From an uncultured bacterium (GTDB lineage Bacteria; Zixibacteria; MSB-5A5; UBA10806): 64,000 nt of DNA. Positions 47,264-57,053 of the stretch are shown here, piece after piece. Below the pieces are notes generated by a model. That model was not told the DNA's origin. It was given only the letters and a program-made list of their open reading frames with translations, and made no database searches. The translations under genes and the position numbers were made by a program. Location of the stretch: positions 136,280 to 200,279 of the forward strand of contig CBEUCH010000002.1 in the NCBI GenBank assembly GCA_965541585.1, given 5' to 3'. Within the stretch, counting starts at the first letter, position 1; every line of letters starts with the position of its first letter.

Positions 47264-49240
47264 TTAAGGATGATAGAAATTAGTATGATGAACATCCACA
47301 TGCGGAGGAACTGGACGTTGCGGAGTATATTCCGGCCAATCATAATAGGTCGGTTCAAAAGGCGGTGGTTCATCGTGAGAATAGGGAGGATTCCAGGTCC
47401 GCGGGTGAAGATAATACTTCCACCACGAGTCATAGTTCGCCCTAGTGTCTGCGACTTCCAAAGCTGCATCACACAGCATGCCAGCCGCATAGCTCGTTAC
47501 ATGGTAGTTAAAGGGCCATTCCTTAGTGGTGCCGTTGCATGACGTTAGCTCCTTGCTAAGGATACACACGCGGCCGTAAGTTAAAGAGTATATCCAGAAA
47601 AGCCGATATTCCGTACCAAGGAAAGTGGCGCTATTATAAATAGTAACCGAGTTAGCGGGAATGCCGATACTTTTGTAGAGATATGTTAAGAGATTAGCAT
47701 AATCGGCGCATTGCCCTATTCTTTGCCTTATCACGTCCAGAGGATCTGGAAAAACAGGATGATTTGGATTATAAGTCCATCCCTCACCATAAACGCCGCC
47801 TACACCCAACTCGGCGATTGCAGATGGCTCGTTTTCTCCCTGCGCGTAATCACAGATCTTATCCAGTGCGATTATGTTAATCTCTGCCAGCAGGGGCGTA
47901 TCGTAAGTAAGATATATCTTGTGAGAACTGCTGTTCATAAATTTGAAATTGTTTAGATCCGGATTGCCGACTTTATTTCCATACCAGTTATAATTAAGAG
48001 GGTCGATTATCCCCACATAATCGGGGAAAGGGCCGTCCCTCGGGGCAACATAGCATATGGTGCTGAGATTGGTCGAGTTGAAATTGCCTTCATAGATTCC
48101 TGTAGAATATGTACCCTGGCCAGAGCCGCCTGCACCCATAATCCAGTACTGGAAGTCATGGTAAGGCGTTCTGTTGGACTCGACCACGACATTCATTGAG
48201 AGCGTATTTTCCCTTATGTAAGCAACGGGCTCGTTTTTTGTATCCTTTATCCAGACCGGGTCCAATATAGGTACACCGCTACCCGATCCCGGTGTGGGCC
48301 CGGGGCCGTCTTGGGAAAGATCTTCATCGAACTCGAAGCTTATTTCTTCCACCCATAATACAAAGTTAGCAATGGGGAGTATATCTTCGGGTCCTGTCGA
48401 TGGTTCCTGGCTCTCGCAAAAAGATAATATCGGGGTGGCTATTATTTCACCCTGGCTGAAGGGTGGAAGAGTCTGTTCGGGATCTCCGATGATGTCAAGA
48501 AAGAGCCCCTCCATCAATCTTCCACTGTACGTCGCTGTATTCCATTGGGAACCTTCAAGTGGGAGATTTATAATTATGGAGTCCGAAGTCAGATCAGACT
48601 TTAGTTTTACTCCTACCGCCTGTGCCGGTTCATCACCCTCAAAATCAGCTGCGACCTGTATAGCAACCGCCTCCATGGCATCAAATATATCGTTGTATTG
48701 TATCTCAGAAAAGTCCTTATTCAAAAACCGTATATCCGTAAATTCCATAATAGGTATATCATCCTCTTCGGGATAATCGAATTCCTGACTGAATACTTCT
48801 ATTCCCTTAAATACTACAATGAATTTCCCTTTACCCCATAGAGGATGAAGTACAGTATAGGCATCGCATGAGTGGGAATATAAGTTAGGACAGCCAAAGC
48901 AGCCTATGTTTTCAGGGCAATCAGCGGGAGAGCCGCAAATTACCATGCAGGCATGTTTCAGGTTTTCTGTCGGGTGAAGCAGTCCGGCAAGCTCATCTCC
49001 GCACTCCCGCCTGAGAATGAATTCCACCGGCTGATCACATCCATCCTCGAAGGTTGCGAATATGTCTATACGAAGCTCTATCCAGCCGCCAATGGGTTCC
49101 CGAGGTCTCATATCTATCAAGGTCACGAACAACATGTCAAAGCTGCCCCCGCCGCAACAAGATGTTGGGCAACCACTCTGAGCAAAAGATGTCCCTGAAA
49201 TAGAGATTAATGCAATCATCGAAAAGAATATAGTTTTCAT
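47264..49240 (-). CDS. Secreted protein with C-terminal transglutaminase-like (Cys-His-Asp) domain
   Basis: Signal peptide, Cys-rich N-terminus, GQCADYANLL..L.KSIGIPA, FNYH and LCDA. Confidence 0.8.
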   Translation of the reverse strand: MKTIFFSMIALISISGTSFAQSGCPTSCCGGGSFDMLFVTLIDMRPREPIGGWIELRIDIFATFEDGCDQPVEFILRRECGDELAGLLHPTENLKHACMVICGSPADCPENIGCFGCPNLYSHSCDAYTVLHPLWGKGKFIVVFKGIEVFSQEFDYPEEDDIPIMEFTDIRFLNKDFSEIQYNDIFDAMEAVAIQVAADFEGDEPAQAVGVKLKSDLTSDSIIINLPLEGSQWNTATYSGRLMEGLFLDIIGDPEQTLPPFSQGEIIATPILSFCESQEPSTGPEDILPIANFVLWVEEISFEFDEDLSQDGPGPTPGSGSGVPILDPVWIKDTKNEPVAYIRENTLSMNVVVESNRTPYHDFQYWIMGAGGSGQGTYSTGIYEGNFNSTNLSTICYVAPRDGPFPDYVGIIDPLNYNWYGNKVGNPDLNNFKFMNSSSHKIYLTYDTPLLAEINIIALDKICDYAQGENEPSAIAELGVGGVYGEGWTYNPNHPVFPDPLDVIRQRIGQCADYANLLTYLYKSIGIPANSVTIYNSATFLGTEYRLFWIYSLTYGRVCILSKELTSCNGTTKEWPFNYHVTSYAAGMLCDAALEVADTRANYDSWWKYYLHPRTWNPPYSHDEPPPFEPTYYDWPEYTPQRPVPPHVDVHHTNFYHP

Positions 49241-49752
49241 CTTTGTCTGCCTCCGCTATAAAGCAGTTCAAATATACTTTCTAACGGAAATTATATTTAT
49301 GCAGACCCTTTTGTCAAGTTTATTTTCATATTTTTTTCATATAAGCGATTCCTGCCGGTACTTTCATGCTTTTCACCGTGATATTCGATTCCCGGCATAG
49401 CTAACGGGCGCTTTCTTTTTTCAGAAACTACCCGCGCCGGTTCTTAGTTCTGACCAGAGAAATATGAACCTGTGTCTCCGGCTTGAGTTACGGTCGAAAC
49501 CCAAAAGATCGCGGATTTGATGTCGAAAAACAGTAAAGTGGATTGACAATGCCGACATTAGGAATATATTGGTTGATTATTGCGAATTCGAAAGATCTCT
49601 TTGATTGAGAATAGACCGTCAATATCCGGAGGATAGATGCCAGCAAAGCAGACTTTGAAAAAACCAAAGATAGAGAAGATCGGTGTGCCTGAAGAAGCGT
49701 ATTGCGACGTTTATTCCGACGCATTTCCGGTTGCAAGGGACGAGCGATAGCC

Positions 49753-50247
49753 ATGGCCGCTGAAAAATCGCTGTCGCCAAAACGCCCATCGGAATCCGAG
49801 GTTTCCATGACCGAATTGGTGATTCCCAACGACGCCAATATCCTCGGCAATGTCCTTGGCGGTCGGGTTATGCACTGGATCGACTTGGCTGCGGCTACCG
49901 CCGCTCATCGCCATTGCAACAGTCTCTGTGTTACGGCTGCAATAGAGGGTTTATCGTTTTTAAGTCCCATAAAGGTCGGATACTTAGCACACTTGAAGGC
50001 GCAGGTAGTGTGTGTCGGTAAAACGTCGTTGATAGTAAAAGTCCTGGTTCATTCGGAGAATATGGATACTGGTTCCATAAAGAAAACATCGGAGGCATAC
50101 CTGACTTTCGTCTCTCTCGATAAGAATGGTAAGCCAAAGGCTGTTCCGCCATTGACGCTTGAAACCGATGAAGAAGAAGCAGAATGCCAGAGAGCCAAAG
50201 AGATTCGAAAGAAGAGTCTTCAGATAAGAGGACTGGAGAAGGAGTGA
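49753..50247 (+). CDS. Acyl-CoA thioesterase (hotdog fold, YciA-like)
   Basis: VIPNDANILGNVLGG.VM.WID, VTA, FLSPI.VG, GKTSL.V.V and AYLTFV.LD..GKP..VP. Confidence 0.92.
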   Translation: MAAEKSLSPKRPSESEVSMTELVIPNDANILGNVLGGRVMHWIDLAAATAAHRHCNSLCVTAAIEGLSFLSPIKVGYLAHLKAQVVCVGKTSLIVKVLVHSENMDTGSIKKTSEAYLTFVSLDKNGKPKAVPPLTLETDEEEAECQRAKEIRKKSLQIRGLEKE

Positions 50248-50430
50248 AAAAGACCACATATATCGAAGTCATCACCGAGGCGCTGGGCGAGGAGTTGGTC
50301 GGGATCTCCCGTTACACGTGTTTGCGGTCTGGACGTTCCGATGCTGCTGTTCGCACCGCCAATGGAGCACTGTTTCCTGCCCAATGCCGAGAAGATCGCC
50401 GGGGCCGCCGGGGAAATGATGGATTATTAA
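50244..50430 (+). pseudogene. Internally deleted 2-oxoacid dehydrogenase E1 beta subunit remnant
   Basis: GTG 50244 gives VKKTTYIEVITEALGEEL (E1-beta N-terminus). A shifted frame from 50308 gives PVTRVCGLDVPMLLFAPPMEHCFLPNAEKIAGAAGEMMDY* (E1-beta C-terminus). Confidence 0.8.
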
Positions 50431-50437
50431 GGGAGGG

Positions 50438-51724
50438 ATGATGGATTTCAAAATTGTAGTGCCCCCCCTGGGGGAGTCGGTAGTCGAGGGTACAATAGTC
50501 AAGTGGCTTAAGAATGAGGGCGATTCCGTTAAGATAGACGAGGCGCTGGTGGAGATTATGACCGACAAGATCAATATAGAGATACCATCGTCTCATAACG
50601 GTGTTATGAAAAAGCATCTCGTAACAGTGGACACGGTGGTGGAGATCGGCTCCGAGATTGCAATCCTTGAAATAGAAGGCGAGGGCATCGAAACCAAAGC
50701 GTTAGAGACAGCGGCGGACGATGGCGAAGAGCATATCCCCGCCGAGCAGGAAACATCTGCGGCGGCGGAGGAATTCGTTGCTATCACGGCTCACCACGAG
50801 AAGATGGGTATTCATGCGGATAAGGAATCTATAGAGGCGGGCATAAAGGCGGTAAAATCATCACCGCTGGTTCGACGTTTGGCCCGGGAGCATTTCATCG
50901 ATCTGCGTATGGTTCACGGTACCGGCAAAAACAGCCGCGTCACTAAAGAGGACGTCATCAAATATATAGACAGCCGTCACACCGTGGATAAGAAAAGGGC
51001 GGATTTCATGTGGCCCGATGCGGAACCGGAGGAGATTATACCTGTTACCGGCGTACGTAAAGTGATAGCCGAGCACATGGTCAAAGCGGCATTCTCTATC
51101 CCCCATGTAACCACGTTCGACGAATGCGATATGACCAAACTGGTCTCATGGCGCAGGAATTATGTCGATAAAATCGAGCAGGAACATGGTGTCAGGATAA
51201 CTTATCTCCCCTTTATCGCCAAGGCGATCATATTCGCGGCTAAGGATTTCCCGTGGATTAACGCCACCTTCGTGGGCGATAACCTGCATGTCAAAAAATA
51301 CTTTAATATAGGTATCGCGGTGGGCAGGGAGAATTCTCTTATTGTTCCCGTAGTCAAGCATTGTGAGCAGAAATCGATTATCCAGATCGCCAAAGAGATG
51401 AGGAAGCTTGGCGAGAAAGCCAACGACGATACGCTGACCCTGGAGGAGATCACCGGCGGAACGATTACAATTACCAACGCCGGCATGTATGGAGCGACAG
51501 CGTCGACCCCCATTATTGCTCATCCGCAGGTGGCCATACTGGGGGTTCATAAGATCACTGAGAAACCAGTGGTACGCGACGGAGAAATGGTCATCAGGCC
51601 GATATTGAATTTTGGCCTGTCGTTCGACCATCGGGTAGTGGACGGTGCTTACGCAGTGCAATTTTTACGCAGGATGATAGAACATTTAGAGGATGTTGAT
51701 AGCTGGCTGATCGGGGTGATGTGA
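50438..51724 (+). CDS. Dihydrolipoamide acyltransferase (E2 of a 2-oxoacid dehydrogenase)
   Basis: Lipoyl domain (EIMTDKINIEIPS), E3-binding SSPLVRRLAREH..GTG..RVTKED, and catalytic FDHRVVDG. Confidence 0.95.
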   Translation: MMDFKIVVPPLGESVVEGTIVKWLKNEGDSVKIDEALVEIMTDKINIEIPSSHNGVMKKHLVTVDTVVEIGSEIAILEIEGEGIETKALETAADDGEEHIPAEQETSAAAEEFVAITAHHEKMGIHADKESIEAGIKAVKSSPLVRRLAREHFIDLRMVHGTGKNSRVTKEDVIKYIDSRHTVDKKRADFMWPDAEPEEIIPVTGVRKVIAEHMVKAAFSIPHVTTFDECDMTKLVSWRRNYVDKIEQEHGVRITYLPFIAKAIIFAAKDFPWINATFVGDNLHVKKYFNIGIAVGRENSLIVPVVKHCEQKSIIQIAKEMRKLGEKANDDTLTLEEITGGTITITNAGMYGATASTPIIAHPQVAILGVHKITEKPVVRDGEMVIRPILNFGLSFDHRVVDGAYAVQFLRRMIEHLEDVDSWLIGVM

Positions 51725-53121
51725 TGGTTGATAAATATCAGGTGGTGGTGATTGGCGCCGGGCCGGGTGGATACGTAGCGGCCATCCGTGCCGCTCAACT
51801 GGGATTGAAAACCGCAATTGTCGAAAAAGAATATGTCGGCGGGGTCTGTCTCAACTGGGGATGTATACCCTCGAAGGCGCTTCTGTATGTAACAGAACTG
51901 AAAAGGACGATCGAGGCTTCCAAAAGGCTTGGTATCAAGGCCGACAACGTTGAAATCGATATTGATAAGCTTCGCCAGCATAAAGATGCTACTATCAAAC
52001 GTCTCACCGGCGGAGTGAGACTTCTTCTGGAGAAAGCCAATGTCAAGATCTACAACGGGCAGGCGGCGTTTACATCCAAAAACCGAATCGAGATTATCAA
52101 GGGTGTTCACAAGACATATATAGATTCCGATAATTTCATCATCGCAACCGGATCATCGACCTGGAGTCTTCCGGGGCTAAAGATAGACGGCAAGACAATT
52201 ATCGGCGCTCGCGAGGCGATTGATCTTCCGGAGATCCCGAAAAGACTCGGTGTGATCGGGGCCGGTCCGATCGGTGTTGAGATGGCCACGGTATATAACA
52301 CCCTCGGCTCGAAGGTAACGATAATCGAACTTCTGGATTCGGTTCTGCCGATGCTGGATCAGGATATCTCAGCCGCCGCAGAGAGGGCTTTCGGGAAACA
52401 AGGGATGGAGATATTTACATCATCGCAGGTGATATCGTCGGACAGGAGAGATGACGGTATCGATCTACAGGTAAAGACGCCCGAAGGCGATAAGTCCATG
52501 TCGTTCGATACGATCTTGATGGCGGTGGGGATGAAGCCCAACTCTAAGGGCCTGAAACTGGAAAAGGTCGGCGTCAAGACCGATGATAAAGGTTTTATCA
52601 ATGTGGATCAGCGGATGCGGTCTAATGTATCAAATATATTTGCCATCGGCGATGTAACAGGCGGTTTGCTTCTGGCACACAAGGCTTCGCACGAGGGAAT
52701 CGTGGCTGCCGAGGCTATAGCCGGATCGTCTGCAGAGGCGGATTGGAAAGCGGTTCCGTATGCCGTCTTCACCGATCCCGAAATTGCAGGAGTTGGAATT
52801 ACCGAAAAAGAAGCGAAGGAAAAAGGCCGCAAGATCAAGATCGGTAATTTTCCGTATCGAGCGGTCGGTAAGGGAATAGCCACGCTGGCCACGGACGGTT
52901 TTGCCAAGGTCATATCAGATGCCGAGACCGACGAGATTTTAGGTATCCATATATTCGGCCCTCATTCGGGTGATATCATTTTTGCCGGAACCGCTATCAT
53001 GGAATTCGAGGGGACATCCGAGGATCTGGGACATATCATGGCCATCCATCCGACTCTCTCAGAGGCGTTGATGGAGGCCGGATTGAATGTGCATAAAAAG
53101 GCGATACATATTATCAATTGA
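51721..53121 (+). CDS. lpdA: Dihydrolipoyl dehydrogenase (E3)
   Basis: IGAGPGGYVAAIRAAQLG, GGVCLNWGCIPSK, IFAIGD, LAHKASHEG and HPTLSE. Confidence 0.97.
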   Translation: MMVDKYQVVVIGAGPGGYVAAIRAAQLGLKTAIVEKEYVGGVCLNWGCIPSKALLYVTELKRTIEASKRLGIKADNVEIDIDKLRQHKDATIKRLTGGVRLLLEKANVKIYNGQAAFTSKNRIEIIKGVHKTYIDSDNFIIATGSSTWSLPGLKIDGKTIIGAREAIDLPEIPKRLGVIGAGPIGVEMATVYNTLGSKVTIIELLDSVLPMLDQDISAAAERAFGKQGMEIFTSSQVISSDRRDDGIDLQVKTPEGDKSMSFDTILMAVGMKPNSKGLKLEKVGVKTDDKGFINVDQRMRSNVSNIFAIGDVTGGLLLAHKASHEGIVAAEAIAGSSAEADWKAVPYAVFTDPEIAGVGITEKEAKEKGRKIKIGNFPYRAVGKGIATLATDGFAKVISDAETDEILGIHIFGPHSGDIIFAGTAIMEFEGTSEDLGHIMAIHPTLSEALMEAGLNVHKKAIHIIN

Positions 53122-53234
53122 TCGACCGGATGATTACCCTCTTTTGACAGGGAATAGGCATTTTACTCCATGCGTCAGGATGGAAATAATAATGACACTC
53201 CTCCGGATCTTTAAGACCTGACACCGTTTGAGCG

Positions 53235-53690
53235 ATGTCAGAAAGTAAAAGGCTTGCCGAGTTTTCCCAGGCGGTACGAGAATCCACATTAAAAAGGCTT
53301 CGGCTGGTCCCCGAGAGATTTGAAAACTGGCGCATATCCTCAGAGACCATGTCATTCGCCGATATGGCAAAGCATTTGATCGATGCTGACAACTGGCTTT
53401 TTGAAAAGCTCAAAATTAAGAATCTAAAAGCGATGACAGGGCAACCCAATCTTGTGGAGATAACTGATCGAAACCAATATGACGATCTGCTCGGCGAGCT
53501 GGAGCAGACAGGTGAGCGGCGCAAAAGCATGCTCGATAAGATCACCGAGGAGGAACTCTCGGAGATGATCCATGATGATCGATTCGGCGGCGAGGCCAGC
53601 GTCTGGTGGATTATTATGAGAGGATGCCTCGATCACGAGATTCATCATAGAGGTCAGATCTCCGCATATTTGAGAGCCATCGACCACTAG
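53235..53690 (+). CDS. DinB-family protein
   Basis: MSFADMAKHL and HEIHHRGQISAYLR metal-binding His pattern. Confidence 0.85.
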   Translation: MSESKRLAEFSQAVRESTLKRLRLVPERFENWRISSETMSFADMAKHLIDADNWLFEKLKIKNLKAMTGQPNLVEITDRNQYDDLLGELEQTGERRKSMLDKITEEELSEMIHDDRFGGEASVWWIIMRGCLDHEIHHRGQISAYLRAIDH

Positions 53691-53822
53691 AAATAGATTG
53701 CAGCTTACTCTCCTGCGTCCTGACATTATTTTATCGATCCTCAAATCGTCCTGGATATTGACAGCTACTATTAAAAAGTATTAGATTATCCTCAATCGAA
53801 ACCCATAAGCAAAAAGGGGATA

Positions 53823-55082
53823 ATGATGGGACACATGGTTGGAAAGGATATTTATCGGAAACTCGGCAAGAAGATCGATAACCTTACAATGCGGGTTCCC
53901 TGGACCGATTCGTTTTACGAGATCTTAAAAGAGCTATATACGACCGAGGAAGCCGAATTGATAATCAAGATGCCTTACGGTCTATCAGCCGTAGAGCAAA
54001 TCGAAAGAGTGACCGGTTACGAGGGATCGAAATTGAAAAGGATGCTCGATGGCCTTTGTGCAAAGGGCCTCGTTATAGACATCTGGACCGGGAAAGACTT
54101 TCGCTATATAATTTCTCCTCTGATCATCGGGATATTCGAATTCACCATGATGAGGACCGGCGAGGGACTCAACTCGAAAGAGTGGGCGAAGCTTTTTTAT
54201 AATTATCTGAACGAAGAAAATACATTCTATAAGGCGAATTTTAAGAATGGTCAGAAGGTCATGCCGTTGAGGACACTGCCGCACGAGAAAGCTATCGAAA
54301 CCGATCAATATGTTGAGATCCTGGATTACGAGAAGGTTTCCGCTATAGTAGAGAATTCGAATAAATTCGCCGTTGGTATCTGCTCCTGCCGTCATGAAAA
54401 ACAGCATCTGGGCAAGAAAGAATGCGACGCCCCTCTCGAGGTCTGTTCGACTTTCGACGGTGCGACAAATTATATGATCAGACACAAATTCGCCCGGGAG
54501 ATATCGAAGACAGAAATGATGGAAAACCTGGCTCGCTCCAGGGAGATGGGGCTTGTATTCTGCGCCGATAATGTCAAAAAGAACGTCTCATTTATCTGCC
54601 ATTGCTGCGGGTGCTGCTGTAATGCGTTAGCGGGGATAGCGAAATTCGGGTATCCCAATGCGGTGGTAACATCGAGTTTTATCGCCAACAACGATCATGA
54701 TACCTGCGCCGAATGCGGCACCTGCGCCGACGTTTGCCCGGTGAAGGCCATCACCATGCAGCCCGACGGCAAACCCGAAATCGATTCGAAATTCTGCATA
54801 GGCTGCGGAGTATGCGGCCTCAAGTGCACCACGGAGTCGATGAAACTGGTCAAACGTAAACAACGGGTGCTCCATCCGGAGGATACTTTTGAGAAGGCGA
54901 TATTGCAGAGCCTTGAAAGAGGGACACTGCAGAACCTGCTGTTTAATAATCCCCAGAGCGTCACCCATACGTTTATGCGCGGCTTTGTAGGGGCGTTTTT
55001 GAAACTCCCGCCGATGAAGAAATCGTTGATGAGCGACACCCTGCGCTCGAGATTTCTGGAATTTATGAAGCGGGGAGGTTAG
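53823..55082 (+). CDS. 4Fe-4S dicluster domain protein
   Basis: GIFEF, CSCRHE, ICHCCGCCC, CAECGTCADVCP and CIGCGVCGLKC. Confidence 0.9.
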   Translation: MMGHMVGKDIYRKLGKKIDNLTMRVPWTDSFYEILKELYTTEEAELIIKMPYGLSAVEQIERVTGYEGSKLKRMLDGLCAKGLVIDIWTGKDFRYIISPLIIGIFEFTMMRTGEGLNSKEWAKLFYNYLNEENTFYKANFKNGQKVMPLRTLPHEKAIETDQYVEILDYEKVSAIVENSNKFAVGICSCRHEKQHLGKKECDAPLEVCSTFDGATNYMIRHKFAREISKTEMMENLARSREMGLVFCADNVKKNVSFICHCCGCCCNALAGIAKFGYPNAVVTSSFIANNDHDTCAECGTCADVCPVKAITMQPDGKPEIDSKFCIGCGVCGLKCTTESMKLVKRKQRVLHPEDTFEKAILQSLERGTLQNLLFNNPQSVTHTFMRGFVGAFLKLPPMKKSLMSDTLRSRFLEFMKRGG

Positions 55083-55155
55083 CGGATAGTTTTTGCAGGC
55101 GTGGATTGAGCTTGTATGCCGAGGTAAGCGATCCGTTATCAGACGATAAAAAGAG

Positions 55156-56034
55156 ATGAAATCTAACTGTCAATCCGAAGTAGGAAAAATCGAGAGACTC
55201 TTATTAAAGCATCCCCGAGATGCTTTCTTGAATCAGGAAAATATCAACAATCAATGGCAGAAGCTCAATTATTCCGGTTGTCCGGATTATGATCCGGTGA
55301 TGGTGGAATACGATAGCTTCGTAGATCTTTTGAAACGGGATGTGTCGGAAATCCATTTTCTTCCTCAAAGCGGCAGAACAGGTCTCGATTCTGTCTATGT
55401 GCACGACCCGGTGATAATTGCACAAAAGGGTGCCATCCTCTGCAGCATGGGCAAACAGGATCGCCGGGGGGAACCGGCGGCGGTGGCAGAATTTCTGGTC
55501 AATCAGGATATCCAGATCGTCGGCGCCATAACCGGTGCGGGAAGACTGGAGGGAGGCGATGTCTTATGGCTGGGTGGACGGACTCTGGCGGTCGGGCTGG
55601 GGTATCGAACCAACGAGGACGGCATCCGGCAGCTGAAGGAACTCACGGAAGATATTATCGATGAGTTCATGGTGGTTCCGCTGCCCCACTGGTCGGGGCC
55701 GGACAACGTCCTCCACCTCATGAGTCTCATCAGTCCCGTCGATTTTGACCTGGCGGTGGTATACTCGAGATTGCTCCCGGTGCCTTTCAGAAAATGGCTT
55801 ATCGATCGGGGGATGAAGCTTATCGAAGTGCCGGATACCGAATTTGAAACCATGGCCTGCAACGTTCTGGCCGTCGCCCCCCGGAAATGTATCGTACTTT
55901 CCGGAAATCCTATAACAAAACGAATGCTTGAAGATGAGGGTGTCGAGGTCCGGGAATTTCGAGGTGATGAGATTTGCAGAAAAGGCGCCGGCGGCCCGAC
56001 ATGCCTTACCAGGCCGTTGCTGAGGGTAGAGTGA
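55156..56034 (+). CDS. Amidinotransferase/arginine deiminase/DDAH-family (pentein) protein
   Basis: DSVYVHDP, R.GE, LEGGD, GYRTN, LHLMS, CNVL and GGPTCLTRPL (catalytic Cys). Confidence 0.9.
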   Translation: MKSNCQSEVGKIERLLLKHPRDAFLNQENINNQWQKLNYSGCPDYDPVMVEYDSFVDLLKRDVSEIHFLPQSGRTGLDSVYVHDPVIIAQKGAILCSMGKQDRRGEPAAVAEFLVNQDIQIVGAITGAGRLEGGDVLWLGGRTLAVGLGYRTNEDGIRQLKELTEDIIDEFMVVPLPHWSGPDNVLHLMSLISPVDFDLAVVYSRLLPVPFRKWLIDRGMKLIEVPDTEFETMACNVLAVAPRKCIVLSGNPITKRMLEDEGVEVREFRGDEICRKGAGGPTCLTRPLLRVE

Positions 56035-56142
56035 AACGGCGGGTTGATCACAGATGAACACCTGCGGAAAACAGTAAAAAATGGTCGCCAGGCGATCCCG
56101 CCCGCCACAACAGAATCTATATAGGAATCAGATCTGATGTTC

Positions 56143-56787
56143 TTATACAATGACAGTTCTGCGTCTGCGAACGGCGACCGTGCCAATCGCCAGTATCAGC
56201 AGGGCCATTATTAACATTCCCCATTGGGAGAGGGTGGGGACGTTATTTTCCTCTTGCACGAATACGAAAAGAGTATCGGATGTGGTAAAAAAGCCACTAC
56301 CATCTCCGTAAAAGCAGACGGTATGAAAAGGCAGGATATAGTCGCCGGGTGCTTCGAATAATATTTCGTATTGCAATGATAGCACCTGGCCTGTTCCGAC
56401 AGTATTGTCGAATGGACCGGGTTCACCGGGGAAACCAAGTACCCACCTGTACGTATCGAAACAGCGTATCATCTGGTCAGGCAATGCTCCCGAATAATAG
56501 AATGAGATCGGAAAGCCGTCGATGGCAATATGTGAAGAAACTATAACGAATTCAGGAGGTAAATTTTCAGCCAGATACATGCCCGACAGATGGAACGGTT
56601 CACTATTGGCAACAGTCCGGGTAATCACCAGCGTATCGGAGATCCCCGGGTACGTTGCAGATAATTCATATTCACAGGTAATATCGTAGCCGGATGGATG
56701 CAGTGTATCCTGACCGGATGAGGTGGACGGAAAAAGGATCAGACAACTCGATATATATAATATAGATCTAGTGATCCTGGCCAGCAT
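56143..56787 (-). CDS. Small secreted IPTL-CTERM sorting-domain protein
   Basis: Signal peptide, DUF11-like beta domain, and C-terminus VPTLSQWGMLIMALLILAIGTVAVRRRR. GGAGG RBS. Confidence 0.85.
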   Translation of the reverse strand: MLARITRSILYISSCLILFPSTSSGQDTLHPSGYDITCEYELSATYPGISDTLVITRTVANSEPFHLSGMYLAENLPPEFVIVSSHIAIDGFPISFYYSGALPDQMIRCFDTYRWVLGFPGEPGPFDNTVGTGQVLSLQYEILFEAPGDYILPFHTVCFYGDGSGFFTTSDTLFVFVQEENNVPTLSQWGMLIMALLILAIGTVAVRRRRTVIV

Positions 56788-56938
56788 GGCCATTCCTCCG
56801 ATTTTGCGCCTTTTTCGATTGACCGGGAATGATCCTGGACGTTTGCCGAAGTTCTCAACAACTAAGATTCAAACCCCTCCCTTTTAAAATAACCTGCAGA
56901 CGCCGGACCCTGCAACTGATTTTTCCGGATTAAATTAC

Positions 56939-57026
56939 CCCTAACGATACGCATCACCTACCGCTTTGGCGCGGAGCGAGGAACCAGCGCAGCGGAAAAG
57001 CGGCCGGGTGAATGGCCATGTCAGGC
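56939..57026 (-). mobile_element. Integron attC-like recombination site
   Basis: Minus strand: GCCTGAC (R'')-atggcc-ATTCACC...CCGCTTT...AAAGCGG...GGTGATG-cgtatc-GTTAGGG (R'), an 88-bp imperfect palindrome just downstream of the FkbM stop. Confidence 0.75.
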
Positions 57027-57053
57027 TACTTGTTCTTCCTGATTACAAGAACT

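Noticed and set aside
47245-47490. N-terminal extension of ORF 46501..47490
   Set aside because: It overlaps the transglutaminase gene. The RBS, signal peptide and paralog length all point to a start at 47244.
50184-50441. 85-aa ORF between the thioesterase and E2
   Set aside because: Chimeric frame: only its middle matches the E1-beta N-terminus, so it is treated as part of the pseudogene.
56795-56860. c-di-GMP-I riboswitch upstream of the small IPTL gene (GGCAAA...GGCGCAAA on minus)
   Set aside because: The spacing is too long, there is no paired GNRA-capped stem between the motifs, and the second stem-loop is missing.
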